Shown one piece after another: positions 19,083-28,268 of a DNA stretch of 64,000 nucleotides (positions are counted from its first letter, which is position 1; each line of letters opens with the position of its first letter). The DNA lies in NCBI GenBank assembly GCA_963826785.1, contig CAWGYD010000006.1:448001-512000 (forward strand). The letters run 5' to 3'. A program made the translations under genes and the position numbers. The DNA comes from an uncultured delta proteobacterium (GTDB lineage Bacteria; Desulfobacterota; Desulfobacteria; Desulfobacterales; Desulfosalsimonadaceae). The notes beneath the pieces are model-generated. The model saw only the letters and a program-made list of their open reading frames with translations, had not been told where the DNA came from and did no database searches.

Positions 19083-20609
19083 TCAGTTTTGGGTGGATAC
19101 CGCCATCTTGGCCTCTGTTGCACCTGAATTGACATTCAGCACCTGCGCGTTTTCGTTCCAGCCGCCGCCCAATGCCTTATACAGGGCGGCCAAATTGATG
19201 GAAAGCGTGCCGGCGCTCTGAGTCAGGGCGTCCTCGGTGGCAAAGAGGGCGCGCTGGGCCGTGAGCACGTTTAAAAAATCGGTCTCGCCCTGGGTGTAGA
19301 GCAGGGTGGCCAGTTTCACCGCCTTTTGGTCGGCGGCAACCGCCCGGGCCAGCGCCTTGTAATGTGCTTCTTCCTTTGCCGAGGCGATCAGGGCGTTTTC
19401 CACTTCCTGCAGGGCGGTGAGCACGGTCTGCCGGTAAGCCAGAACGCTCTGCTCCTGCAGGGCCTTTTGGATCTCGATATTGGCGCGGGTCTTTCCGCCG
19501 TCAAACGCCGCCCAGGAGATCCCCGGGCCAATGGACCAGAACCGCTGAACCCAATTGAACATCGACCCGAAGTCGGCCGCCTGGAAGCCGACCGTGCCGG
19601 AGAGGGTGAATTTCGGGAACAGGTCGGCCGTGGCCACCCCGATTCGGGCGGTGGCCGCATGGATCTGCGATTCGGCCAGCCGGATGTCCGGCCGCCGCCG
19701 CAGGAGATCCGAAGGGACGCCGACCGGCACGGCCGGCACCGCAGAGGGGATCGCCTGTTCCGGCGACAGTTCCGGAACCAGTGCCGCCGGGTCCCGCCCC
19801 AGGAGGATGCTGAGGCTGTAAATGGTCTGACGGGCCGAGGCCTCCAGGGTCGGTATCCGGGCGGAGGTGGTCGCCACCTGGGCTTCGGCATTGGCCACAT
19901 CCAGTGCGCCGGCAAATCCGGCGGAAAACCGCTTGCGGGTCAGTTCGGCGGTGTGCTCCTGGGCGGCCAGGTTTCTGCCGGCGATGGCGATCTGCTGCTG
20001 GAGTGTACGGAGATTGATGTAATCCGCCCCCACCTCGGCCGTAAGCGAAACCAGCACGTCTCGCTCGGATTCCACGGCCGCCTGAAGATCGGCATTCGCA
20101 GCCTCGATGCCGCGCCGCACGCCCCCGAAGATATCCAGCTCCCATCCGGCATCGAATCCGGTCTGGTACTGATCGGAAATGTTTCCGCCCCGGATCGCTC
20201 CGATTCCGCCATTGGTCGAAGAGGCGGTCTGTGCCCCCGGGGACCGGCTGTGGCGGTAATCGCCGGTGGCATTGACGGTGGGTGTGATTCCGGCGCCGGC
20301 CAGGCGGACGGCTGCCCGGGCCTGGCGGATGCGGGAGACCGCCTGCTTCAGGTCCAGGTTCGATTCGACCGCCCGCGCCTCCAGGGAGGAGAGGACGGGA
20401 TCATCAAAAACCGTCCACCAGTTCGCCAGGTCCTGTCCGGCAGGCGTTGCTTCCGGCGCCGGCCCGGCCCAGTGGTCGGGAAGTTCGGGGCTGGGGGGCT
20501 TGAAGTTCGGTCCGGCCATGCAGCCGGCAAAAAGGGTGAGTCCAAGAAGGATTGGAACCATCAGAGATCGCGAAAAGACCCGGGACGGCCTTGTTTTGAA
20601 AAACCACAT
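19083..20609 (-). CDS. Efflux outer-membrane lipoprotein (TolC/NodT family)
   Basis: Lipobox FAGC, WELDIFG, PSDLLRRRPDI, LYKALGGGW. Confidence 0.93.
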   Translation of the reverse strand: MWFFKTRPSRVFSRSLMVPILLGLTLFAGCMAGPNFKPPSPELPDHWAGPAPEATPAGQDLANWWTVFDDPVLSSLEARAVESNLDLKQAVSRIRQARAAVRLAGAGITPTVNATGDYRHSRSPGAQTASSTNGGIGAIRGGNISDQYQTGFDAGWELDIFGGVRRGIEAANADLQAAVESERDVLVSLTAEVGADYINLRTLQQQIAIAGRNLAAQEHTAELTRKRFSAGFAGALDVANAEAQVATTSARIPTLEASARQTIYSLSILLGRDPAALVPELSPEQAIPSAVPAVPVGVPSDLLRRRPDIRLAESQIHAATARIGVATADLFPKFTLSGTVGFQAADFGSMFNWVQRFWSIGPGISWAAFDGGKTRANIEIQKALQEQSVLAYRQTVLTALQEVENALIASAKEEAHYKALARAVAADQKAVKLATLLYTQGETDFLNVLTAQRALFATEDALTQSAGTLSINLAALYKALGGGWNENAQVLNVNSGATEAKMAVSTQN

Positions 20610-20712
20610 GTTCAACTCCTGTTCGGATGCGTTGCATTACACTTGCGCCCATGCCGGACCTGGTGAAGCGCAGGCGCAGGAAATAGAGAAACGGTGCACT
20701 GAAATCCCGGCA

Positions 20713-22086
20713 TTATTCATAGCGCAGTGCTTCTATGGGGTTCAGCCGGGACGCTTTCCATGCCGGGTAGAACCCGAAGACCATGCCCACAGTGGCCGAA
20801 ACGATCACCGCGGCGGCAATGGCGGTGGGCGATGTTTCCACCGGCCAGTGCAGGGTGATCCGCACCAGAAAGGACCCGCCGTGCCCCAGGAGAATCCCCA
20901 GGGCGCCGCCCACCAGGCAAAGCACGACGGCCTCGACGATGAACTGGCGCAGGATATCGCGCCTTCGTGCGCCAACCGCCATGCGCAGGCCGATTTCCCG
21001 GGTCCGCTCGGTCACCGACACCAGCATGATGTTCATGATGCCCACGCCCCCCACCAGCAGGGAGATCATGGCCACGCACAACAAGAGATTGGTCATGAGC
21101 AGCGTAGTGGTGGAAAGGGTCTTGATCATTTCGGTCATGTCGCGAATATTGAAGTCGTCCGATGCCTCCGGCCCGATATGGTGACGCTCGCGCAGGACCG
21201 TCGTGATTTCATCGATGGCTGCGGGCGTCTGGTCCGCGCTCCGGGCGGAGCACATGATTTCATCGATGTTGGCAAAGCGGATGGGCATGGGATTGTCGGC
21301 GGCCTGCACGGCCGAGCGCTCCGGGTAGAGGGTGGGCGCAGCGCTGGGATAAAGATTGCTCAGGGTGTTTACCGAATCGCCGGAACTGCCGGAACTGGCG
21401 CTCTGGTTTCCCTGGCTGACGCTCGACCCGGTCACCCGGTACTTGATGGCGGTCCAGGGGGCCACCACGATATCATCCTGGTCCATCCCCATCATGTTGG
21501 ATCCCTTGCTGCCGAGCACACCCACCACCCGGAAAGAGACGTTGTTGATCCGGATTTCCCTGCCGATGGGCGAGGCGCCCAGAAACAGCTCGCGCACCAG
21601 GGTCTGACCCAAAAGGCAGACCTTGTTTCCGTTTAACACGTCGCGCTCGGTGAACACGTCCCCTTCGGCCATTGCCGGCCAGTTCTGGATGTCCAGGTAT
21701 TGCGGGGTGGTCCCGTAGATGAAGGTGGGAATCCAGTTCCGGCTGCCGTAGACGATCTGGGTGCGGGCGCGCACGATGGGGGCCGCGTTCCGGACCGAGG
21801 GGCACTCCTGGACAATGGCATCGACATCTTCGGGGGTCAGGGTTACGGCGCTTCCCGCGCCGAAGGTGACGCCCCCGCTGGAGGCCGTTCCCGAGCGGAT
21901 CATCAGCACATTGGCCCCCATGCCGGCGATGGTTTTCTGGACCGTGGCCGAGGAACCCGCGCCGATTTCCATCATGGCGATGACGGCGCCCACGCCGATG
22001 ACGATCCCCAGGGTGGTCAGCATGGCCCGCATGGGGTTTCGCCGCAGGGCGTTTAACGCCGTCCGAATGGTGCGGTAGATTTTCAT
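20713..22086 (-). CDS. MacB-like ABC transporter permease
   Basis: LTTLGIVIGVGAVI, GGVGIMNIMLVSVTERTREIGLRMAVGA, LNPIEALRYE. Confidence 0.95.
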   Translation of the reverse strand: MKIYRTIRTALNALRRNPMRAMLTTLGIVIGVGAVIAMMEIGAGSSATVQKTIAGMGANVLMIRSGTASSGGVTFGAGSAVTLTPEDVDAIVQECPSVRNAAPIVRARTQIVYGSRNWIPTFIYGTTPQYLDIQNWPAMAEGDVFTERDVLNGNKVCLLGQTLVRELFLGASPIGREIRINNVSFRVVGVLGSKGSNMMGMDQDDIVVAPWTAIKYRVTGSSVSQGNQSASSGSSGDSVNTLSNLYPSAAPTLYPERSAVQAADNPMPIRFANIDEIMCSARSADQTPAAIDEITTVLRERHHIGPEASDDFNIRDMTEMIKTLSTTTLLMTNLLLCVAMISLLVGGVGIMNIMLVSVTERTREIGLRMAVGARRRDILRQFIVEAVVLCLVGGALGILLGHGGSFLVRITLHWPVETSPTAIAAAVIVSATVGMVFGFYPAWKASRLNPIEALRYE

Positions 22087-22087
22087 G

Positions 22088-22801
22088 TTATGATTGCCCC
22101 CGGTTCTTGCTGCCGGCAAACGCCCCGTTGATGATCAATCCGTCGCGGATGTGAATGGTCCGCCGGGCGTGGCGGGCCACTTCGGCGTCGTGGGTGACCA
22201 TGATGATGGTGATGCCGTCGGTCGCGTTGAGCTGTCCGAACATGTCTAAAATCTCGGCGCTGGTCTGGGAATCGAGGTTCCCGGTCGGTTCGTCGGCAAA
22301 CAGCACCGGCGGATGGTTGACCAGGGCGCGGGCGATGGCCACCCGCTGCTGCTGGCCGCCGGAAAGCCGTGAGGGCTCATGGTGCAGGCGGTCCTTCAGC
22401 CCCAGGCGGCAGAGCATTTCTTCGGCCCGCCGACGGGATTCCCGTTCGGAGATGGTATCGGCCGTGTAGGAAAGCGGCATGGCCACATTTTCAAGGGCGG
22501 TGGTGCGGGGAAGCAGGTTGAAGCTCTGGAAAACAAAACCGAGTTTCCGGTTGCGCAGCATCGCCAGTTCATCTGATGACAGTTGAGACACTTCCTGGCC
22601 CTCGAGCCGGTAATCGCCCGAGGTCGGAAGGTCAAGACACCCCAGGATGTTCATGAGGGTGCTCTTCCCCGAACCCGAGGTCCCCATCAGGGCCACAAAT
22701 TCACCCCGGCCGACACTCAGGGAAACCCCTTTGAGTACCGGGACATCCTCGTCGCCCATGGGGTAGGTTTTGTAAATATCGCTCAGTTCGATCAATTCCA
22801 T
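22088..22801 (-). CDS. ABC transporter ATP-binding protein (MacB/LolD type)
   Basis: GTSGSGKST, LSGGQQQRV, ADEPTGNLD, VTHD. Confidence 0.95.
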   Translation of the reverse strand: MELIELSDIYKTYPMGDEDVPVLKGVSLSVGRGEFVALMGTSGSGKSTLMNILGCLDLPTSGDYRLEGQEVSQLSSDELAMLRNRKLGFVFQSFNLLPRTTALENVAMPLSYTADTISERESRRRAEEMLCRLGLKDRLHHEPSRLSGGQQQRVAIARALVNHPPVLFADEPTGNLDSQTSAEILDMFGQLNATDGITIIMVTHDAEVARHARRTIHIRDGLIINGAFAGSKNRGQS

Positions 22802-22826
22802 GACACTGCGCTCCAGCGGTCTGTCA

Positions 22827-24155
22827 TTATTTGGATTTCCCGGACGAACTCCGGCGCCGGAATTGCGGTGCAAACGGGTTGCGGGCATCGGATTGATCGG
22901 CGCTCTGCTGGGACTGAATGCCGGTGACGACGTTTGTCCCTTCTGAAATGCCGTTTCCGCTGATCGCCGTCATCGCCCCATCGCTCAAGCCAACAGACAC
23001 CTGCACCGGTTCCACATAGGGGCCTTTCAGGACCCAGACCTGCCCGGTGCGCGGCCCGCCGCCCTGTTCCGGGGAGGCCGCCGACTCGGATGCGTTTGTA
23101 AAATCTTCCCTGAGCGCGGGCGCCACCTGGTCTGCCGAAGGGGACCATCTCAGGGCCGTGTTGGGCACCTGCAGGACGTCTTGAACCCGGCCGATCTCGA
23201 AGGCCACGTTGGCCGTCAGGTAAGGAAGAAGGCGGCCGCTGGAGTTGTCCGTGGTGATTTCCACCGTGTAGGTGACCACATTCTGGGTCATGGAGGCATT
23301 CAGCCGGACTTTGCGAACGGTTCCGGTGAAGGTCTCACCGGGAAAGGCGTCCACGGTGAAGGTCACCGGCTGCCCCGGCCGAATCTTGCCGATGTCCGCC
23401 TCATTGACGGCCACCCAGACCTGCATGCGGGTCAGGTCCTTGGCGATCAGAAAAAGGCTGGGGGCGTTTAGGCTCGCCACCACGGTCTGTCCGATATTGA
23501 CCCGCCGGTCGATGATCACCCCGTTCACCGGCGAGGTGATGGTGCAGTAGCCAAGGTTCTGCCGTGCCTGCTCAAGGCCCGCCTCGGCCTGGGCCACCGC
23601 GGCCTCGGCCTGCAGGATGGCGGCGTCCCCCACGCTGACATTCGCCTGGGCGGTTTCATAGGCGGATTGATACGCATCATAGCTGGACTGGGCCAGGGCT
23701 TCCGACGGTCCGAGCTTCTGGGCCCGTTTCCAGTCGAGCTGCGCCTGGCGGAATTTGGATTTCATCTGTACCAGATCGGCCTGGGCGCGCTGAAGGCCCG
23801 CCCGGGCGGATTTCACCTGTGCCTCGGCCTGGGCTTCAGCGGACCGGTAAAGCGAGTCATCGATCCGGGCCAGCACGGTTCCCGCCTGGATGGTCGAACC
23901 GTAATCCACCGCGTTGCCGTCCACGTCCTTGCCGAAAGAAAGGATCTGTCCGGCCACCCGGGCGCCGACATCGATCACCTCCTCCGGCTCCACGGTGCCG
24001 GTGGCGCTGATGGTGACCCGTATATCGCCCCGCGTGACCGGTGCGGTCCGGTAGCGGACGTCCGGTTCGCCGTTTTTCCGGACATACCAGGCCCCCGTCC
24101 CCAACAACAAAACGATGATGGCCAGAACAACCATCCCTTTTTTCATGTATTTCAT
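22827..24155 (-). CDS. MacA-like periplasmic adaptor (membrane fusion protein)
   Basis: N-terminal TM, ISATGTVEP, coiled hairpin, GQTVVASLNAPSLF, VNEADIG. Confidence 0.93.
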   Translation of the reverse strand: MKYMKKGMVVLAIIVLLLGTGAWYVRKNGEPDVRYRTAPVTRGDIRVTISATGTVEPEEVIDVGARVAGQILSFGKDVDGNAVDYGSTIQAGTVLARIDDSLYRSAEAQAEAQVKSARAGLQRAQADLVQMKSKFRQAQLDWKRAQKLGPSEALAQSSYDAYQSAYETAQANVSVGDAAILQAEAAVAQAEAGLEQARQNLGYCTITSPVNGVIIDRRVNIGQTVVASLNAPSLFLIAKDLTRMQVWVAVNEADIGKIRPGQPVTFTVDAFPGETFTGTVRKVRLNASMTQNVVTYTVEITTDNSSGRLLPYLTANVAFEIGRVQDVLQVPNTALRWSPSADQVAPALREDFTNASESAASPEQGGGPRTGQVWVLKGPYVEPVQVSVGLSDGAMTAISGNGISEGTNVVTGIQSQQSADQSDARNPFAPQFRRRSSSGKSK

Positions 24156-24222
24156 TTTGTTCTCCGATGATTCTTGGCATCTTAAATCCGGATGATCGAT
24201 TCGCTCCGGATGTTTTGTTTTT

Positions 24223-24888
24223 TCATTCATCCATCCAGGGCTGGTGCTTCCGCATCTCGCGGATGCCGGCCAGGCTGAATCGGGTCACGTGGTCCGCAAA
24301 CGTTTCCACATCCTCCAGGAGGGGTTCGACCGGGACGGACGGCTTTCCGGGGGGCGCCAGCCGCCTGCGCCGCTCCCGGAGCATCGGCCCGAAACACTGG
24401 GCCCGGATGCTCATCTGGCAGAGCCGGACTTCCTTTTCAGTGGCGGCTTCGCCCAGAAGCTCCCTGACCAGGGCGGAAAGATCGCGGAACACCGGTTCCA
24501 GCGATTCCTGAAGAATGCCGGTGAGCAAACCCGTGGGATTGGCCATTTCCTTGTGAACAATGTCAAAGGCGTGGCTTTGGGGGTCTGAAATCCGGCGCAT
24601 GAAGGAAAGGATCCGTCCCCGGAGCCGTTCTTCGGCCGGCGCATCCGGCGCGACGCCGCCGTCCGGCGGATACGCTTTCAATGATCTGTTAAAGGCATGG
24701 CGCCAGCTTTCCACATAGAGCGCTTCCTTTCCGCCGAAGTGGTAGTTCACCGCCGCCATGTTGGCCCGGGCCTTTCCGCAGATCTCCCCGATGGTCGCCT
24801 CCCAGAATCCTTTGGCCGCAAATATTTCGCAGGCGGCTTCCAGCAGGAGGCTTTTGGTCTTGACACCGTCGCTTCGTTGTTTTCGCAT
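24223..24888 (-). CDS. TetR-family regulator (CecR/YbiH, DUF1956-type)
   Basis: LLEAACEIFAAKGF...ANMAAVNYHFGGKEALY HTH; HVTRFSLAG C-terminus; heads the efflux operon. Confidence 0.9.
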   Translation of the reverse strand: MRKQRSDGVKTKSLLLEAACEIFAAKGFWEATIGEICGKARANMAAVNYHFGGKEALYVESWRHAFNRSLKAYPPDGGVAPDAPAEERLRGRILSFMRRISDPQSHAFDIVHKEMANPTGLLTGILQESLEPVFRDLSALVRELLGEAATEKEVRLCQMSIRAQCFGPMLRERRRRLAPPGKPSVPVEPLLEDVETFADHVTRFSLAGIREMRKHQPWMDE

Positions 24889-24899
24889 GGGTCGTCTCC

Positions 24900-24938
24900 T
24901 TAATTCAAATGGATAATTTAAATTAAAATTTGAATTAA
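24900..24938. promoter_or_regulatory. Nested palindrome, candidate TetR operator
   Basis: TTAATTCAAAT...ATTTGAATTAA arms enclosing a second palindrome TAATTTAAATTA, directly upstream of the TetR RBS. Confidence 0.65.
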
Positions 24939-25086
24939 TCAAGAAAAATTTGGCGACCCTGTAAAAACCTGACTTACAAAAGGGTATAATTACTTGATGG
25001 TTTGAGAAATGAACTTGTCAAAGGAAGTCGTTCATATTAGCCTTTTTCCGGTTTCTGAAAATTTCTGCGCGCGGGGAGTTTTATAA

Positions 25087-25317
25087 ATGGCTTACGAAAT
25101 GACCTATTCCCAAGACCGGTGCTCCGGCTGCCTCCGGTGCCGGATGGCCTGTTCGCGGGCCTATGCGGGCTGCATCCGGCCGTCGGTTGCCCGCATTGAC
25201 ATTGATTTTGAAACATCGGATTACCGGGCCCTGTTTACAAAGGATTGCAATGCCTGCGGAATTTGTGCCCAGGCGTGTCTCTTCGGCGCCCTGGCCCGGC
25301 GGAAAAAGGGGGATTGA
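25087..25317 (+). CDS. 4Fe-4S ferredoxin-like subunit
   Basis: CSGCLRCRMAC and CNACGICAQAC motifs; precedes AOR. Confidence 0.9.
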   Translation: MAYEMTYSQDRCSGCLRCRMACSRAYAGCIRPSVARIDIDFETSDYRALFTKDCNACGICAQACLFGALARRKKGD

Positions 25318-25318
25318 C

Positions 25319-27106
25319 ATGGCAGTGGGCGGGTTTGCCGGAAAAATTCTGTTCGTGGATTTGACGCAAAAGCAGGTCCGGACGCAGCCTCTCGAGGAGG
25401 CCGCCATGCGCGATTATATCGGCGGCCTGGGTACCTGCATCAAGCTGGCTGCGGATCACATGAGGCCGGGTGTCGACCCCCTGGCACCGGAGAGCGTGTT
25501 CGTGCTGGGGGCCGGTCCCCTGGTGGGAACGGACGCGCCTTCTTCCTCGCGCCTCTATGCGGTGGCCCGGCTGCCGGCCAGCCGAACGGTGGGATGGTGC
25601 GGGGCCGGAGGGTACCGCTTCGGCGCGCAGATGAAGTATGCGGGATACGACCACATCGTGATTTCCGGCAGATCCGAAACCCCGGTCTGGCTGGACATCG
25701 AAGATGACCGGGTGCGCATTGTCGATGCGGGTTCATTGTGGGGGCTGGGGGTGGAGGCTGCCGGAGACCGACTCCGTCAGCGCATCGGCGCTTCGGCGGG
25801 CGTGCTGGCCATCGGTCCGGCCGGAGAAAACCGCTCCGTTATGGCCATGGCCTTCGTGGACGCCATCTCTACCCTGGGCCGGGGCGGCTTCGGCGCGGTC
25901 ATGGGATCAAAAAACCTCAAGGCCATCGGGGTGCGGGGGAGCGGCGCGGTGGGGACAGCCGACGCTGCAGGGTTTGAAAAACGGGTGGAATCGCTCGTGG
26001 ATGCCGTCAGAACCTATCCCTACCTTCAGGAATGGCAGGATCTGGGCATGCTCAAGGCCTTTCCCGTGGTGGATAAGGCCGTTTATGAAAAATTCAAACT
26101 CCGTCGCACCGCCTGCGTTTCCTGCCCGGTGGGATGCAAGGACATCATCTCCATCCCCGACGGCCCCTTTGCCGGCCTGGAAAAGCAGACCTCTTCGGCC
26201 ATCAACCTGTTTACCCCCCTGCTCTACGGCATCAAGGACCCTGCCGAGGCCATCAAGCTGGTGACGGTGCTCGATTCCCTGGGCCTGGACATGTTCGAAT
26301 TTTTCGGACTGATGAAATTGATGCGGGATTTGTACAATGCCGGCGTGGCGCGTCTTGAAACGGGGGAGCCAGAATTCGATCTGACGTCGCTTTCCTCCAT
26401 GATGTTCTGGGCGGAGAAAACAGCCAACCGTGAAGGGACCGGCGATCTTCTGGCCGACGGCATCACGGCGGTTCTTGATCGGTTCGGCCCGAAAGCCGAA
26501 AAATATGCCCCGCCGGTGATCAAGGGGATGCAGCCTTATGCCGGTCCGGGGGCGGCGATTCCCTGGGACCGGTTCGGCACCATGGAACTGGGCCAGGTGC
26601 TCGATCCCCGGGGGCCCCACGTGGGGTCCGGCGGGTCGCCCACCTATTTCGCCCTGCGACCCCTGTCGGTCTTTCCCAAGCATCTCAAGCGGATGGGCGT
26701 GCCTGATGACGCGCTGGACCGGATTCTGGGCCCCGGCCGGGATGAACTGCATGTGGGGCGGCTTTTGAAATTTTCCCATGCCTGGTTTGCCATCCTGGGA
26801 TCACTGGGGATCTGCGCCCGGGGGCAGGTCAACCGGTTCTACAGCGCAGACCGGTGCGCCAAACTCTACGAGGCGGCCACCGGCATTCCCACCACCACGA
26901 AGGATCTGGTGCAGCGGGCGGACCGGATATGGACCCTGCTCCGGCAGTTGAACGCCGGGCAGGGCCTGGATGAATTCGCCGAAGCACTTCCCGAAAAATG
27001 GTTTGCCCATCCCGGATTCAAGGATTACCTCACCGGAAAGCCCCTCACCCGGGCAGAAGCCGAAGCCATTAAAGACGAATATTTCCGGGAGTGGGGCTGG
27101 CGTTAG
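25319..27106 (+). CDS. aor: Aldehyde:ferredoxin oxidoreductase family (W/Mo-pterin)
   Basis: GKILFVDL, IGPAGEN, GRGGFGAVMGSKNLKAI, CVSCPVGC, LDSLGLD, ends EWGW. Confidence 0.9.
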   Translation: MAVGGFAGKILFVDLTQKQVRTQPLEEAAMRDYIGGLGTCIKLAADHMRPGVDPLAPESVFVLGAGPLVGTDAPSSSRLYAVARLPASRTVGWCGAGGYRFGAQMKYAGYDHIVISGRSETPVWLDIEDDRVRIVDAGSLWGLGVEAAGDRLRQRIGASAGVLAIGPAGENRSVMAMAFVDAISTLGRGGFGAVMGSKNLKAIGVRGSGAVGTADAAGFEKRVESLVDAVRTYPYLQEWQDLGMLKAFPVVDKAVYEKFKLRRTACVSCPVGCKDIISIPDGPFAGLEKQTSSAINLFTPLLYGIKDPAEAIKLVTVLDSLGLDMFEFFGLMKLMRDLYNAGVARLETGEPEFDLTSLSSMMFWAEKTANREGTGDLLADGITAVLDRFGPKAEKYAPPVIKGMQPYAGPGAAIPWDRFGTMELGQVLDPRGPHVGSGGSPTYFALRPLSVFPKHLKRMGVPDDALDRILGPGRDELHVGRLLKFSHAWFAILGSLGICARGQVNRFYSADRCAKLYEAATGIPTTTKDLVQRADRIWTLLRQLNAGQGLDEFAEALPEKWFAHPGFKDYLTGKPLTRAEAEAIKDEYFREWGWR

Positions 27107-27142
27107 TGTTCGTCCCTGAACAGAGGACACAGCATCGCTCAC

Positions 27143-27173
27143 CTCCCCCTCGAGGGGGGCAAAGGGGAGTGTT
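27143..27173. repeat. REP-like palindrome (TCGA type)
   Basis: CTCCCCCTCGAGGGGGGCAAAGGGGAGTGTT between convergent aor and tpx. Confidence 0.7.
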
Positions 27174-27204
27174 CGGCCCTCCAGGCCGGAAGTCAATTCT
27201 GTCG

Positions 27205-27819
27205 CTAAATCTTTCCGGACCGGCCGTCATCACAGGCATCGTCTGATTCCATCGGCCTGAAGTTGCGGCTGTCGAAGGCCCTTTCGCAGATCTGGTCGAT
27301 GGTGGTGTCCGGCCCGGCGGTGCGCAGCATCTGCAGGGCGGTTTCATAATCCGGTTCCTCCTCCAGGCGGGGCACCTGCTGTGTATAGACCACCCGGCCG
27401 TTTTCGTCGATGACCACCACCGCACGGGAAAGGAGTCCCGCCAGGGGGCCGTCGGCAATCCGGACGCCGAAACGCTCACCGAAATCCATGTCCCTCAGTT
27501 CGGACAGGGAATAGACGCTGTCCACGCCTTCTTCCAGGTTGAAACGATTGTGGGCAAACGGCAGATCCTTGGAAATACAGAGGATCACGGTGTTGTCCAG
27601 TTGATCGACCACCGAGTTGAACCGCCGGACCGATTCGGCGCACACCGGCGTTTCGATGCTGGGAAAAATGTTTAGAATGATTTTTTTCCCGGACAGATCA
27701 GACAGCGAGACATCTTCAAAATCGGTCCCGGTGAGGATAAATTCCGGCGCTTTTTGCCCGGTTTCGGGTAAGTTTCCCACCGTGTGATGCGTTTTTCCCT
27801 TGTATGTAAATTCGCTCAT
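27205..27819 (-). CDS. tpx: Thiol peroxidase Tpx, atypical, with C-terminal extension
   Basis: FPSIETPVC, ISKDLPFA, GLLSRAVVVIDENG, EPDY; RFN where Tpx normally has RFC; about 38-aa tail with two Cys. Confidence 0.9.
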   Translation of the reverse strand: MSEFTYKGKTHHTVGNLPETGQKAPEFILTGTDFEDVSLSDLSGKKIILNIFPSIETPVCAESVRRFNSVVDQLDNTVILCISKDLPFAHNRFNLEEGVDSVYSLSELRDMDFGERFGVRIADGPLAGLLSRAVVVIDENGRVVYTQQVPRLEEEPDYETALQMLRTAGPDTTIDQICERAFDSRNFRPMESDDACDDGRSGKI

Positions 27820-28057
27820 GGCATCCTCCTTGATTTCAGTTGCTGAATAGTTCATCCCGCCAATCATGTGTAAATCCTCTTTTACGTAAAAACATAACCA
27901 TCAATACCGCATTTTCCATTCATGGGATCATTATTAAGGGAGATTTCCGGTGCGATCCCAGATCATAAATACGACCCGCTTGCATGTAAAAATGCAGGAT
28001 TTCCCCCATATCCGTCTTCGGGTATTCAGGTGTATGATGCTCTCCGGTTCCGGCATA

Positions 28058-28200
28058 AGTGGCTGAACGAAAACCGTTTATTTGCCCAATATCTGCGTCA
28101 GGCTCAAATTTTAATCCTCAAAATACCTCGAGTATTCCTGCGGTTAAAATTTTCGCCTTCCTTGATCTTGAACAAATATCCGGGTTTTCGTTCGGCCACT
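28058..28200. mobile_element. MITE-like palindromic element, 143 bp
   Basis: Terminal inverted repeats AGTGGCTGAACGAAAACC / GGTTTTCGTTCGGCCACT (17/18 match); internal imperfect symmetry. Confidence 0.75.
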
Positions 28201-28268
28201 ACGTATCGGTTCACCACTGACTATCGACTGCCGCCCCTGGGAAGAGGACTCAAAAAAGGAGGATTTGC

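Noticed and set aside
19326..21636. Long plus-strand ORFs (446 and 456 aa) and similar antisense ORFs elsewhere
   Set aside because: Shadows of well-supported opposite-strand genes in GC-rich DNA; no motifs.
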